Shown in pieces: positions 51,150-62,300 of a stretch of 64,000 nt of DNA. Made by a program: the position numbers and the translations under genes. Position 1 is the stretch's first letter; each line of letters begins with the position of its first letter. The notes under the pieces were generated by a model. It was given only the letters and a program-made list of their open reading frames with translations, did no database searches and was not told where the DNA came from. The DNA comes from Nitrosopumilaceae archaeon. Its GTDB lineage: Archaea; Thermoproteota; Nitrososphaeria; Nitrososphaerales; Nitrosopumilaceae. The stretch is taken from assembly GCA_965214835.1 (NCBI GenBank), contig CBDCCK010000002.1:704001-768000 (forward strand), written 5' to 3'.

Positions 51150-53159
51150 TACTCTGGTAAATCTCCGAGAGTTTTCAGAGACCTGTTAAATTAGGGTGCT
51201 GGGGTGTTAAATTAGAGTGTTAGAGACGTCGGCAAGAACAAACGATTGATGGCACGCTACAAGCGTTGGCTTCGGGAATGTTGAAGGTCAGAACAGCCTT
51301 TTCTGGCCGGTTCCGTCAAGCGTGTCTTGGAGCTTGGATTTCTTTGATTTCTTGGGTTTTTTAGGCTGTTGTCTGGTTTTTTTTGTTTGCAATTTTCTCA
51401 TCGTCTTGTCATTGCCGGCATCAGACTTCTTAAGGTGCAGTTCCGGCTGCTTCCCCCAAGGCATGTTTTCAAGATCCCGCCGCAGATTCATCGTCTCGAC
51501 TGAGATACTGGTGACCTTTTGTAGTAGGCCTATGACATGTTCCTTGTAATCTGCAAACCTGTACGTGTTGAACTTTTCCCGGATTTTGGGATCATCGCAG
51601 GATTTGTCGGATATGACGTTCTTTGATTCCTTGTAGAATTCTAAGATCCATTCCAGTGCGCATTTTGAGCTGAATTTGTATTCCAATGCTTGATCAGGTA
51701 CATCCTCAAGTATGGTCTGCTCATCAATCACTATTTTCAATGACTCGCTTTCTGATTTTTTTAAACTCAATTTGGTGCTGTTCTTGTTTGTTTTCCTGTC
51801 TGTGCGTTTTAACGGAAATGGCTCTGCCTCTTCAAAATGGACATGAAGGTCATAGAGTTTTTTGCCTAGCCGTACCCATTTCGAAAAATTTTCTGCGAGA
51901 GGTATTCTTGGGAACTTGCGCTGGAGATTGAACTTGTATTTTTCTTGGTATTTCGGATCATTGAAAATGGCATAAGTATAGTAGAATACGTCCTCGTCTG
52001 TTATCGTTTTGCTCCCGTAGTGTTTTTGAAATAACTCCAAACCAAAGTCAGTAATGTTGCTGTGACGCTTGCCCTCGTCATCGTATGTGTAAAGCGGGAT
52101 GCACTGAGTGCCAACAACACAATCAAGATCCATGATTTTATCAGTTGCCAATGTCTGAAATAACACATTAGTTTTTGGATTGGCAAAACCAATTAGCCTG
52201 TTTGATCTAGAATTTTTGAAGATGTTAGGAAATTTTCTCTGCCTATGTGTTATTATTTTATCAAAATAATTCTTCTTCAATACAAATGGCCTATACATTA
52301 CGTCTTTGATGTTGGATTTTGAATATGCGATTTTATTTCCACGTTTTATATGCTTAAAGAAATCCTCGGTCCACTTGATTTTTTTATCTGCCCAGTCTTT
52401 TAGACTAACCGCTAGGTTTTCTTCATCATATTTAGAAAGTGTTTTGCTGTAAAAATCAACAAAATATTTTATCTTGTTTTCAAGCGATGTTTGGTCAAAA
52501 TCATACACCCATTCGTTCCTGTTTGATGCCAGTCCCATAGACAGTACTCCAAATATGGAATTTTCTTTATCAGACACGATCGGAACCAGTTTTTTAAAAT
52601 CATTGTCAGTCTGGTTCAGCCAGACCGCATCCTCGTCGGGCACTATCTCCCTTAGCTGCAGGGTAGAAAGCGAGTTGTCCGCAAGCCATTTTAGCTTAGC
52701 TTCACTTTTCATATAGTCTGCAATTTCTGTGTATCTAATCTCAGATTTTTCTTCACCCGTTTTGATAAAAAAGGATATGGTTACACCAACCTTGATGGTG
52801 TCTCGAAACACGTTGCCTTTCTGTTTGCGGCGTTCCTCGCCTGATGTACGAGCATTTCCCTTCAGGTTGACAGTATAGATGTAATCAAACTCTTCAAACA
52901 CCGACCTCCTGAACCCATCGTCTGACTTTGCGTCAAGAAAGGAGTTGTTGCTCACAAATATGACCATGCCGTTGTTCTTGATGCGCTCGCTTGCCCACTT
53001 GAGAAAGCGCTTGTACATGTCATACTGCTTATCCTTGTTCCCTACAGTGGAATTTTTGACGTACGTTTCTTCTATTTTCTTATCAAGGTCAGGATATTTG
53101 TCAGCAGGATTTGCGTCGTTAAAGCTTACCTGGACCGCGTTGTACGGCGGGTTTCCCAA
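51150..53159 (-). repeat. Left inverted arm (pairs with 60670-62703)
   Basis: Identical blocks 52852-53159, 52561-52698, 52210-52400; near-identical block 51150-51682. Confidence 0.95.
51288..53159 (-). pseudogene. Silent alternative C-terminal half (NPPY to TRD) of the methyltransferase, cassette 2
   Basis: Open frame from LGNPPY to KRLF; lacks motif I and an N-terminus. Confidence 0.88.
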
Positions 53160-54330
53160 AACTCGCCTTAGTATGTGTGAGCATATCCAGAACACAGTTA
53201 ATCTGTTGCGGTGTTGCCCGCTCTAAGATCTCCTGTATTTGCTGTTTCGGTTCTGATCTAGAAATTACACCCACCTGATCCAAGTATTCCTCGGATCTTG
53301 CAAAGGCATCACTCATTTCATTTAGCAAAACTTCTGGAAGGATCCCCTTGTTTGTGGTGTATCTTGATTCGATGGTGCCTTTATGCCCCATGAAGAAGAC
53401 TCGGAAATCATGCGCAATCTTTCCTTTAGACTCTGCTATTAGCAGCTGTGTGTCAAAATATGCACGTAGCACATACGGCCTCCACCCAAATTTGGGTCGG
53501 AGCGTATTGCGTATTTTGTCGCTTATTCGTTGTGTTGGAAGGAACGCCTTTTGCGATCTTCTCCAAGCATGTACTTCACTATGATCGTTGGGGGATATTA
53601 CGGGTGAGTTCTCGTCCAGATTCTCCCCAGACGCAAGTCTGTCGTTTAGATACGTCACTAGCTGTTCTGTTGCTTGACATGTGGAGAATGTAAAGTACTG
53701 GTGTCCTGCCTTTGACAATTCACGTCTTACGATGATTCGGTTTGGCGTCCGGATGCATTTTACTGTTCCATGTAAAATCGAAATATCTGGAAGATCCCTC
53801 ATCTGTAACCCATCTGTCCCTCTGTGGTTACCAATTACGCCCGGTCTCATACCTGATTTTGCCATAAGTGATATCAGCACGGATTCTCGCAATCCTGCAT
53901 TGCTGTATATGTCTGTCATTTCATGTGCATCAGGCACCCGTTCATTCTGCAGTGTGGGAGAAAACCCAGCAGATGCAATTCTTATTCGTCGCTTTACCAC
54001 CACATCAAAATGCCTGAACCAGGATTTTACGGTGTTTATATGATCCTCTATGTATCCAGGAGAATAGTTGTTGGACTCCATCATGGTTATGTGATCCTCC
54101 AGCAGGTCTGTTGCAGTCCTCAGATCGTTGACTGCAAGATCTGCAAGCTGGGAGGGAGTCATCTTGTGCATCTCACAGAACCTTCCCAGCTTCCGCAGGC
54201 GTCCCTCGGCGGTAAGAGGACTTCCACGCATCAGATTGTCATACCACCGTTGGACATCCTGATTAGATAGTAATTTTGATTTCTTGGTGTGGTTGGCAAC
54301 GTCTTTTGCACACGCTTTACGGGTTTTCAT
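53119..54330 (-). CDS. Tyrosine recombinase/integrase
   Basis: SGMRPG (R), RPYVLRAYF (YxxR), FMGH, SRYTTNK (Y). Confidence 0.9.
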   Translation of the reverse strand: MKTRKACAKDVANHTKKSKLLSNQDVQRWYDNLMRGSPLTAEGRLRKLGRFCEMHKMTPSQLADLAVNDLRTATDLLEDHITMMESNNYSPGYIEDHINTVKSWFRHFDVVVKRRIRIASAGFSPTLQNERVPDAHEMTDIYSNAGLRESVLISLMAKSGMRPGVIGNHRGTDGLQMRDLPDISILHGTVKCIRTPNRIIVRRELSKAGHQYFTFSTCQATEQLVTYLNDRLASGENLDENSPVISPNDHSEVHAWRRSQKAFLPTQRISDKIRNTLRPKFGWRPYVLRAYFDTQLLIAESKGKIAHDFRVFFMGHKGTIESRYTTNKGILPEVLLNEMSDAFARSEEYLDQVGVISRSEPKQQIQEILERATPQQINCVLDMLTHTKASFGKPAVQRGPGKL

Positions 54331-54400
54331 ACGGATTGGTTTTAGATGCCTAATCTTATCCTTATGCGTGACAGGGCATCCACTGTTAAAAAATAAGGCA

Positions 54401-55744
54401 TCAGGAAAGCAGTTTCATCCAGCAGCTGTTTTTTCCATTTGACAGCCAGCTGAATCCGTGCAGACGTAGTATATCATTGATTTCCCGCCAGATGTGCTTG
54501 TCAATCCATGCCCTGGGAGATATTTTGATAGAATCCCCCTCGTTCACAATTGAAACTTTGCTAATTCTCTTTCCCAAATTGCTTGTAAAACTCGGTGTCG
54601 TCATCGACTGTTTTATCAGGTCCAAATACTTGTCGTTTCCAAGTCCAAGCTCGATCCCTGATGCCTGAGCCGGAGTCCTGCCGTCAAGCCCCTGATGCGG
54701 TTTTACAAAATTGTGGTTTATTTTCAGCAACTCTGCAAAGTCCTGTGCTGACTCGTCATTGCCAAGGCCGCGTCTTGCCTTTAGGTTCTCTCTGATCTCG
54801 TTGTGATACCTCTCTATGGGCCTGTTTGCAAACCCGTCCCTGATGGATTTTGTTTTGACATGTGCTGTCATTTCTTTGAATTCTTTTCGCATTGCCTCCT
54901 GATACGAGTTTAAGGCATCTGTAATGACATAGTTAGGATACTTGGGTATCAGCTTCTTACCGCTTGCTATGATTCTTCTTGCATCTGCAATCTCGCGTCT
55001 CTTGGAGACTTCGGTAGCAATCAGAAATCGGGTCTTGGGATCAATGATGCTCCACAACCAGTCATAGAATCCCTTTCCAGTCTTCTCTGTGTTTTTTACG
55101 TTCAGCGTCATCTCATCCAAAGACCATACATCACCAAGCGTTGGACAAAATGACTCCACGTATTCTTTGATCAGTTGGGTGTATTTTTTTATCCAATTTC
55201 TAACGGAGACGTAACTGATCTTAATTCCGTGGACGGAATTGATGTGTCTTGAAATGTTTCTGTACGAGACGCCTGACATGACTAGGTTGATTGATTCGGA
55301 TATTATCTTTGGATCAGACGACATCTTTGAAAACCCGCTTTCTCCAAGGTTGAACCTATAGCCGCATTGCTTGCATTTGTATAGTTGTCTCTTTGTATCA
55401 TCCTTGAGAATTCTGAACCCAGACTTGATTATTGTAGTCGAATAACATTTGGGACAGATTCTTGGCTGTTCCGTCTTTTCAATCCTATTTTGGGTCTTGA
55501 TGTTGTCCTTTAGCATTATGCAACATATGATATGCTTGCAATGCTTGTCGTCTTGTGTTCTGAGCCGGTTATGAAAATCCGGACACTCGCATGTCCATAT
55601 GTCTATGTCATGCAGTTTTTTTACGCTATATTCCTTGTCGGAGTTTTGTGATTTTACTACATAGTGGTTCTTTGTTATCTTTCTGACCGAGTTGACCTTT
55701 GAGAGGATCTGGACTGCTTTTTCATCCCTACTTGTATACTTCAT
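54401..55744 (-). CDS. IS6-like DDE transposase with SWIM and zinc-ribbon domains
   Basis: CECPDF..HCKH, CPKC/CKQC, WSLDEM, VITDAL, NRPIERYH, HNFVKPH..L.GRTPA. Confidence 0.88.
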   Translation of the reverse strand: MKYTSRDEKAVQILSKVNSVRKITKNHYVVKSQNSDKEYSVKKLHDIDIWTCECPDFHNRLRTQDDKHCKHIICCIMLKDNIKTQNRIEKTEQPRICPKCYSTTIIKSGFRILKDDTKRQLYKCKQCGYRFNLGESGFSKMSSDPKIISESINLVMSGVSYRNISRHINSVHGIKISYVSVRNWIKKYTQLIKEYVESFCPTLGDVWSLDEMTLNVKNTEKTGKGFYDWLWSIIDPKTRFLIATEVSKRREIADARRIIASGKKLIPKYPNYVITDALNSYQEAMRKEFKEMTAHVKTKSIRDGFANRPIERYHNEIRENLKARRGLGNDESAQDFAELLKINHNFVKPHQGLDGRTPAQASGIELGLGNDKYLDLIKQSMTTPSFTSNLGKRISKVSIVNEGDSIKISPRAWIDKHIWREINDILRLHGFSWLSNGKNSCWMKLLS

Positions 55745-55829
55745 ATTGTATAGATAACGGTATATCTATAAAACATTATCTGCCTAAAGCCAGATATCCT
55801 TTATATATGTGGATTCACATATTCGAATA

Positions 55830-55988
55830 TTGGCAAGGAAAAAAACAAGTCTCACTTTGGATGAGAAAATCTGGAATAACTTTCAGGCATACGCATTAAA
55901 AAAACACGGAAACACTCGTAACGCCAACACAGAACTGGAGCTTGCCATGTATGAATACATTAAGAATCACCCTGTGGAGAAAAAATAG
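55830..55988 (+). CDS. Small ribbon-helix-helix regulator (52 aa, not in ORF track)
   Basis: MARKKTSLTLDEKIWNNFQAYALKKHG...ELELAMYEYI; divergent from the transposase. Confidence 0.7.
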   Translation: MARKKTSLTLDEKIWNNFQAYALKKHGNTRNANTELELAMYEYIKNHPVEKK

Positions 55989-56074
55989 AATGAATGTTAA
56001 CCGCAAATCGTCAAGGATGCCTGTATTGGGCGGTAAAAATCTAAAAATTCAAAAACAAGCCAAACGCGTGATTC

Positions 56075-59000
56075 ATGGGTAACGGTGAACTAATCATGGG
56101 TAGTGAGGATACGGTAATTGACAATGAGAGTGTCGTACTTTTAGATCAACTAAGAGAGATACTGCCAGATACGAACAGGGCAAGCATTGCGGTGGGCTAT
56201 TTCTTCATCTCTGGATTCAGCGCAATAATGGGTAGCTTAAACAAGATAGAGTCAAGCAGCGACCCAAACCACGTTATACGGCTGTTGATCTCACCGACTA
56301 CAAACCGGGCCACGGCAGAGGCGTTACTTGCAAGCAACGAGTCTTATGAAACAGCAAGAATGAGGGGCAAACAAACCGGTTCTGAGGAAAGAGGAAAAAA
56401 GACCGCAAAAGAAGAGGTCAAAAAAACGCTTGAGTACATGTCGCAAACAAACGAGGATCAAAAGGCTACAGCGAAACTTGCCGAACTGATCAAAAAGAAA
56501 AAAGTGCAGGTGAAGGTATATACAAAGGATCAACTTCATGCAAAGGCGTATATTTTCGAGCTTGACAACAGACAGCTTTCAAAGATGGCAATAGTAGGTT
56601 CCAGCAACCTCTCAATGTCGGGGATAAAGGAGCATACTGAGCTTAATCTGAGAACAAATCACTCAGGCGACTCTGGCAAACTGCTAGAATGGTTTGATCG
56701 ACATTGGAACGATCCCAGCTGCCAGGAATTCACGCGGGAGATAGCTGACATCATAGATGAATCCTGGATTGCCAAACACTCGCCAAATGACGTGTACGAC
56801 AAGGCGGTTCTTCATGAGCATGAAGAACTTTTTGAAGAGCCCGACGGAGTAGATGAAAAAACACGAGAGTTGTTTGACTTTCAAAAGACGGCAGTAAGCA
56901 ACGCCATAAAAAAACTCGACAGGTATGGGGGTGTCATGATTGCCGATGTGGTGGGTACAGGCAAATCCTACATTGGTAGTGCCATTCTAAAGCATCTCAA
57001 GGAGAACAACCGCTCAAAACCACTGATAATATGCCCACCCCACCTCAAGGAGATGTGGCAGGAATACATGAAAGATTTTGACATTTACTGCCAGATAGAA
57101 TCAAGATACAAGATAGGCATGGAGGATAACATACTCTCACGCTACACAAACTGCGACGCGGTGTTGATAGACGAGAGTCACAACTTTCGCAATTCAAGCA
57201 CAAACGCATACAGGGCACTGCTTGCATTCATGGAGGAAAAGACAGAAGAGGCCAAGATAATCATGCTGTCTGCCACCCCGATATCAAACCGCATCACGGA
57301 TCTAAAGAACCAGCTAAGGCTTTTCCCAAGAGAGATGCTCTTGCAGATACCTCCCCTGAACAACACAACACTTGATGAATACTTTAAGGGATTAGACGGC
57401 CCAAAAGACGAGCTCAGAGAGGAGGCCGACACCAAGATACGGGAACTTCTCAAGTATATTCTAATCCGACGTACCCGCAAGCAGATCATGAAAAAGTATG
57501 CCAAAAAAGACGGCAAACGGTACTATCTTGAAAAGGACGGGCAACGAAAGTACTTTCCAAGAAGAGAGTTACAGAATCCAAAGGAGTACAATGTTGACAA
57601 GGTGTACAACAACTCCTTTGACATGATCCAAAGCGCGATTGAGGATCTTACCCTTGCGAGGTTTGCCCCGGGAAACTACATCAAGAAAGAATATCTGAAC
57701 GACTCTAACCCGGACCACAAAAAATATGTCGATTTGAACAGTACGACAAAGCCACTGGTTGGCATAGTTCGGACATCGCTACTCAAGAGGATGGAAAGTA
57801 GCATCATGGCGTTTGCATCCAGCGTAAAGCACTATCAGGAAGGGTACAAGGAGTTCAGAAAGCAGCTTGACAAGGGCAAGGTTCCCATCGGAAAGGACTT
57901 TCATGATGAGATATACAAGAAGATCGCATACGAGGGGGAAGACTATGACGACGAGGAGTACGAGCAGAAAATGGCAAAGATCTCATCTCAGTACGACATA
58001 GAGGCGTTTGACGTGGAACGTTGGAAGAGGGACATAGCAGAGGACATTAACCGTTTTTCAAGCATCAAGGGGAATCTGGTGTCAAAGTCCGAGTATACCA
58101 AATATGATGACAAGCTCCACACGCTGGTAAAACTGGTCAACGGAATGGACAGGGAAAAGATTCTGATCTTTTCTGAATCTGCCGTAACCGCAAAATACGT
58201 CTACGAATACATGAAAAAGGAACTAAATCCGCCTCGTCGTATTGCGCAGATTGACTCTAAACAGGGAAACAGGGAGAAAAATGTCTTGATCAGGAAGTTT
58301 GATCCGAAGAACAACAACGCTACTGCTGATGTTCCAAAAAGCGAGGAGATTGACGTGTTGATAAGCACGGACGTACTGTCTGAGGGAGTGAACTTGCAAG
58401 CTGGCAAGACGGTAATCAACTATGACTTTCACTGGAATCCCGTCAGGCTCATACAGAGAGTAGGAAGGATAGACAGGATAGGCACGCAACACGAAACTGT
58501 CGACGTGATCAATTTCCTTCCTACGGCAAAGATTGACGCGACTCTCTCGCTCAAAGAAAGGGTTGCAAACAAGATTGAGACCATCCGCAGGATAATAGGA
58601 CATGATCAGCAGATACTAGAGTCAACAGAAGTATTGGACGAAAAGGGCGTGCTTGACATTTATGCTGGTAACGAGGACGTACTGGATTCTGATGTTGCAA
58701 GCATCATTGATATGGGCGAATCAAAGTCAGAACAAGACGCAGACAATATAAAAAGAGATGAGACAAGAAGACAACATATCGAGCAGATGCCCTTTGGCAT
58801 AAGAAGCGTTTCAGGCACGGGTAAGCTTCTGATAGCGTGCGAGGCACGGGAGATTGTAATGGATCAGCGTGGCCGCCACATGTCTGAACGTCCGTTTAGA
58901 AGACACTACGAAATAACGAAGGACAGCATTACTCAGATCTGGCAGTCATCCTTCCTGAACGAGTTGGGGAAAAACCAAGGAAACCTATCCGGCACGGAGG

Positions 59001-59374
59001 ATTCCACATATAACGAGCTTGTGGCTGAAGCGTGGAAAAAGTTCGATAAGGACATGAAAAATTCCAGTGCAAAAAAGACCATGCTAAAGCACCAGCAATA
59101 CTTTGATAAAAAATTAAGACAGATGTCCGAAAGTCAGGACTTGGGCCGTCGCGCAATGTCCATGCTGCCGTTCGTAGGACAGAGAATGCTTACAAATCTC
59201 CAGCCGTACAAGAGGCTAACCGAGCTTCGCAAGGAGATTGACAGGAATCCCGACACTGATGACAAGATGATAATCGAGGGGTTGGAAACGATCAGGGATA
59301 AATACGGACAGACGGAATATGAAAAGACGATAAGCAAGCCTCGTATACTGTATAGCATGATGGTGGCCAAATGA
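56075..59374 (+). CDS. PLD nuclease-SNF2/SF2 helicase (restriction subunit)
   Basis: LHAKAY..GSSN; ADVVGTGKS; IDESHN; SATP; LSEGVNLQ; WNPVRLIQRVGRIDR. Confidence 0.92.
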   Translation: MGNGELIMGSEDTVIDNESVVLLDQLREILPDTNRASIAVGYFFISGFSAIMGSLNKIESSSDPNHVIRLLISPTTNRATAEALLASNESYETARMRGKQTGSEERGKKTAKEEVKKTLEYMSQTNEDQKATAKLAELIKKKKVQVKVYTKDQLHAKAYIFELDNRQLSKMAIVGSSNLSMSGIKEHTELNLRTNHSGDSGKLLEWFDRHWNDPSCQEFTREIADIIDESWIAKHSPNDVYDKAVLHEHEELFEEPDGVDEKTRELFDFQKTAVSNAIKKLDRYGGVMIADVVGTGKSYIGSAILKHLKENNRSKPLIICPPHLKEMWQEYMKDFDIYCQIESRYKIGMEDNILSRYTNCDAVLIDESHNFRNSSTNAYRALLAFMEEKTEEAKIIMLSATPISNRITDLKNQLRLFPREMLLQIPPLNNTTLDEYFKGLDGPKDELREEADTKIRELLKYILIRRTRKQIMKKYAKKDGKRYYLEKDGQRKYFPRRELQNPKEYNVDKVYNNSFDMIQSAIEDLTLARFAPGNYIKKEYLNDSNPDHKKYVDLNSTTKPLVGIVRTSLLKRMESSIMAFASSVKHYQEGYKEFRKQLDKGKVPIGKDFHDEIYKKIAYEGEDYDDEEYEQKMAKISSQYDIEAFDVERWKRDIAEDINRFSSIKGNLVSKSEYTKYDDKLHTLVKLVNGMDREKILIFSESAVTAKYVYEYMKKELNPPRRIAQIDSKQGNREKNVLIRKFDPKNNNATADVPKSEEIDVLISTDVLSEGVNLQAGKTVINYDFHWNPVRLIQRVGRIDRIGTQHETVDVINFLPTAKIDATLSLKERVANKIETIRRIIGHDQQILESTEVLDEKGVLDIYAGNEDVLDSDVASIIDMGESKSEQDADNIKRDETRRQHIEQMPFGIRSVSGTGKLLIACEAREIVMDQRGRHMSERPFRRHYEITKDSITQIWQSSFLNELGKNQGNLSGTEDSTYNELVAEAWKKFDKDMKNSSAKKTMLKHQQYFDKKLRQMSESQDLGRRAMSMLPFVGQRMLTNLQPYKRLTELRKEIDRNPDTDDKMIIEGLETIRDKYGQTEYEKTISKPRILYSMMVAK

Positions 59375-62300
59375 GTTTTGAGGATCGCCTGGAATCCCTT
59401 CAAAGGACGCTGAAATTAAGCGGATATGAGAATATACGCCATTTCGTTGACATAAGCGCGCTAGTAAGGGACGAATCAGTAAGCGACTGTGAGATAATAG
59501 CGCGCAAGGATTTCTACAACATCTTATATCTGGAGGCAAAGTCAAACTGGCGCGGCATTGCCACCGACGTGGCCAAAAAGCAGTCAAAGCCATGCCTTGT
59601 CATCACTGGCTACGGGGAATCACACCTGATCCTATCCACCATCAAGGATTACTTTACAAATCCAAGACCGCGCCATGTCATCATCGACACAAGATCCAAG
59701 ACACATTCTTTTGACGGATTTGCAAAGCTGATCAAGGTAAGGCCGGAGGACGATTTTGTATCTATAGATGAGCAAGTACACCATGCGTTTGATGAATTTG
59801 CGGCGTACGAGGAGGCGCTTGACGAATTCGGCGAGAACCTCAAAAACGCAATAAAAAACACACGGGAAATCATAGTAAAGGCATCAAAAAACAACAAGAG
59901 ATACGACGCAGAGTCTGAACAGTTTCTGGAGATGTGTCACAAGGTGATAAGCAACAAGCTCAAATCAGACGACATTACAGAGATGATTCTTCAGCATGTC
60001 CTGACATACAAGATCTTCTCCCTGATATACGACGAGCACGAACTCCACAGCACCAATGCAATAGCACGGTCACTTGAGGGCATAATAGATACGCTTGGAG
60101 TCGATATGGAGCAGATTAGTACCGGCTACCAGACGACAAAACTGGTAGCCGAATCGCTTACAGATTTTGCCGAAAAGCAGGACTTTCTCAAACGCGTGTA
60201 TGAGACGTTTTATGCAGAGTATGACCCAAAAAACAAGGACAGTTGGGGAATAGCATACACCCCATCAGAGGTTGTGGATTTCATGGTAAGGTCGACCGAC
60301 CAGCTGCTTGAAAAACACTTTGGAAAATCAATGTCCGATGATTGTGTTACCCTACTTGATCCGGCCACCGGTACGGGAACATTCATTACACAGATCCTGA
60401 GGCACCTGAAGCACAACTCTGTCAAAACCAAATACGAAAATGACATATTTGCAAACGACATATCGTTACTGGCATACTACATTGCTGCGCTGAACATAGA
60501 GAATACATACCAAGAGATAACAGGGCAAGTCAAAGAGTTTGAGAACATATGCTGGATGGATACCCTTGCTACTGGCACAAAGGACTTTGGGAAGGTAAGC
60601 ACGTATTTTGATGAGCAGGACAATGTAAAGAGGATCTCAAAGCAGCAAGTAAAGGACATATGTGTGGTCTTGGGAAACCCGCCGTACAACGCGGTCCAGG
60701 TAAGCTTTAACGACGCAAATCCTGCTGACAAATATCCTGACCTTGATAAGAAAATAGAAGAAACGTACGTCAAAAATTCCACTGTAGGGAACAAGGATAA
60801 GCAGTATGACATGTACAAGCGCTTTCTCAAGTGGGCAAGCGAGCGCATCAAGAACAACGGCATGGTCATATTTGTGAGCAACAACTCCTTTCTTGACGCA
60901 AAGTCAGACGATGGGTTCAGGAGGTCGGTGTTTGAAGAGTTTGATTACATCTATACTGTCAACCTGAAGGGAAATGCAAGACTGTCTGGTGATGCATGGA
61001 GACGCGAGGGGGATAAAATATTTGGCCAGAGTGCGCGTGTTGGCATATCCATATCTTTTTTTATAAAAACGGGAGAAAATCATTCAGAGATACGATACGT
61101 GGAAATAGACGATTATTTGAAGAGGGAAGATAAGCTAAAATGGCTTGCGGACAACTCGCTTTCTACCCTGCAGCTAAGGGAGATAGTGCCCGACGAGGAT
61201 GCGGTCTGGCTGAACCAGACTGACAATGATTTTAAAAAACTGGTTCCGATCGTGTCTGATAAAGAAAAATCTGTCTTTGAATTGCTTTCAATGGGTTTAA
61301 CATCTAATAGAGACGAATGGGTGTATGATCTAGGCCGGAAATCACTTGAAAACAAAATGAGGTATTTCGTTGATTTTTACAACAAATCAGTCGCACAATA
61401 TCAGAATGAACATCCTAAGGATACAGAATTCAAAGACTGGGCAGATAAAAAAATCAAGTGGACCGAGGATTTCTTTAAGCATATAAAACGTGGAAATAAA
61501 ATCGCATATTCAAAATCCAACATCAAAGACGTAATGTATAGGCCATTTGTATTGAAGAAGAATTATTTTGATAAAATAATAACACATAGGCAGAGAAAAT
61601 TTCCTAACATCTTCAAAAATTCAAGCCGTAATAGACTGATTAATTTTACAAATCCTACACCAAAAAGCCGATTTCATGCGCTTGTGTCAGACAAGATCGT
61701 TGATCTTCATTATGTTATTGACACTCAATGCATTCCGCTTTACACATATGATGATGGGGGCAAGCGTCACAGCAACGTCACTGACTTTGGTTTGGAGTTA
61801 TTTCAAAAACACTATAGGAACAAAGCGATAGCAGACGAGGACATATTCTACTACACCTATGCCATTTTCAATGATCCGAAATACCAAGAAAAATACAAGT
61901 ACGATCTGCAGCGCAAATTCCCAAGAATTCCGCTGGCTGAGAATTTTGGTGATTGGGTGAAAATAGGCAGGAAACTGTATGATCTCCATGTCAACTTTGA
62001 ATGTGTCAAAAAGTATCCATTGAAGCGAACAGACAAAAAGACTGCAAAAAATCAAACCCGACTCCTGCTGAAAAAACCGAAAGAGGAAGACAACTCTCAG
62101 GATTTTACCATAATGATTGATGATAATACGATGCTTGAAGGAGTGCCAAAAGAAACGTTGCAATACAAATTCAGCTCAAAATGCGCACTGGAGTGGATCT
62201 TAGAATTCTACAAGGAATCAAAGAACGTCATATCCGACAAATCCTGCGATGATCCCAAAATCCGGGAAAAGTTCAACACGTACAGGTTTGCAGATTACAA

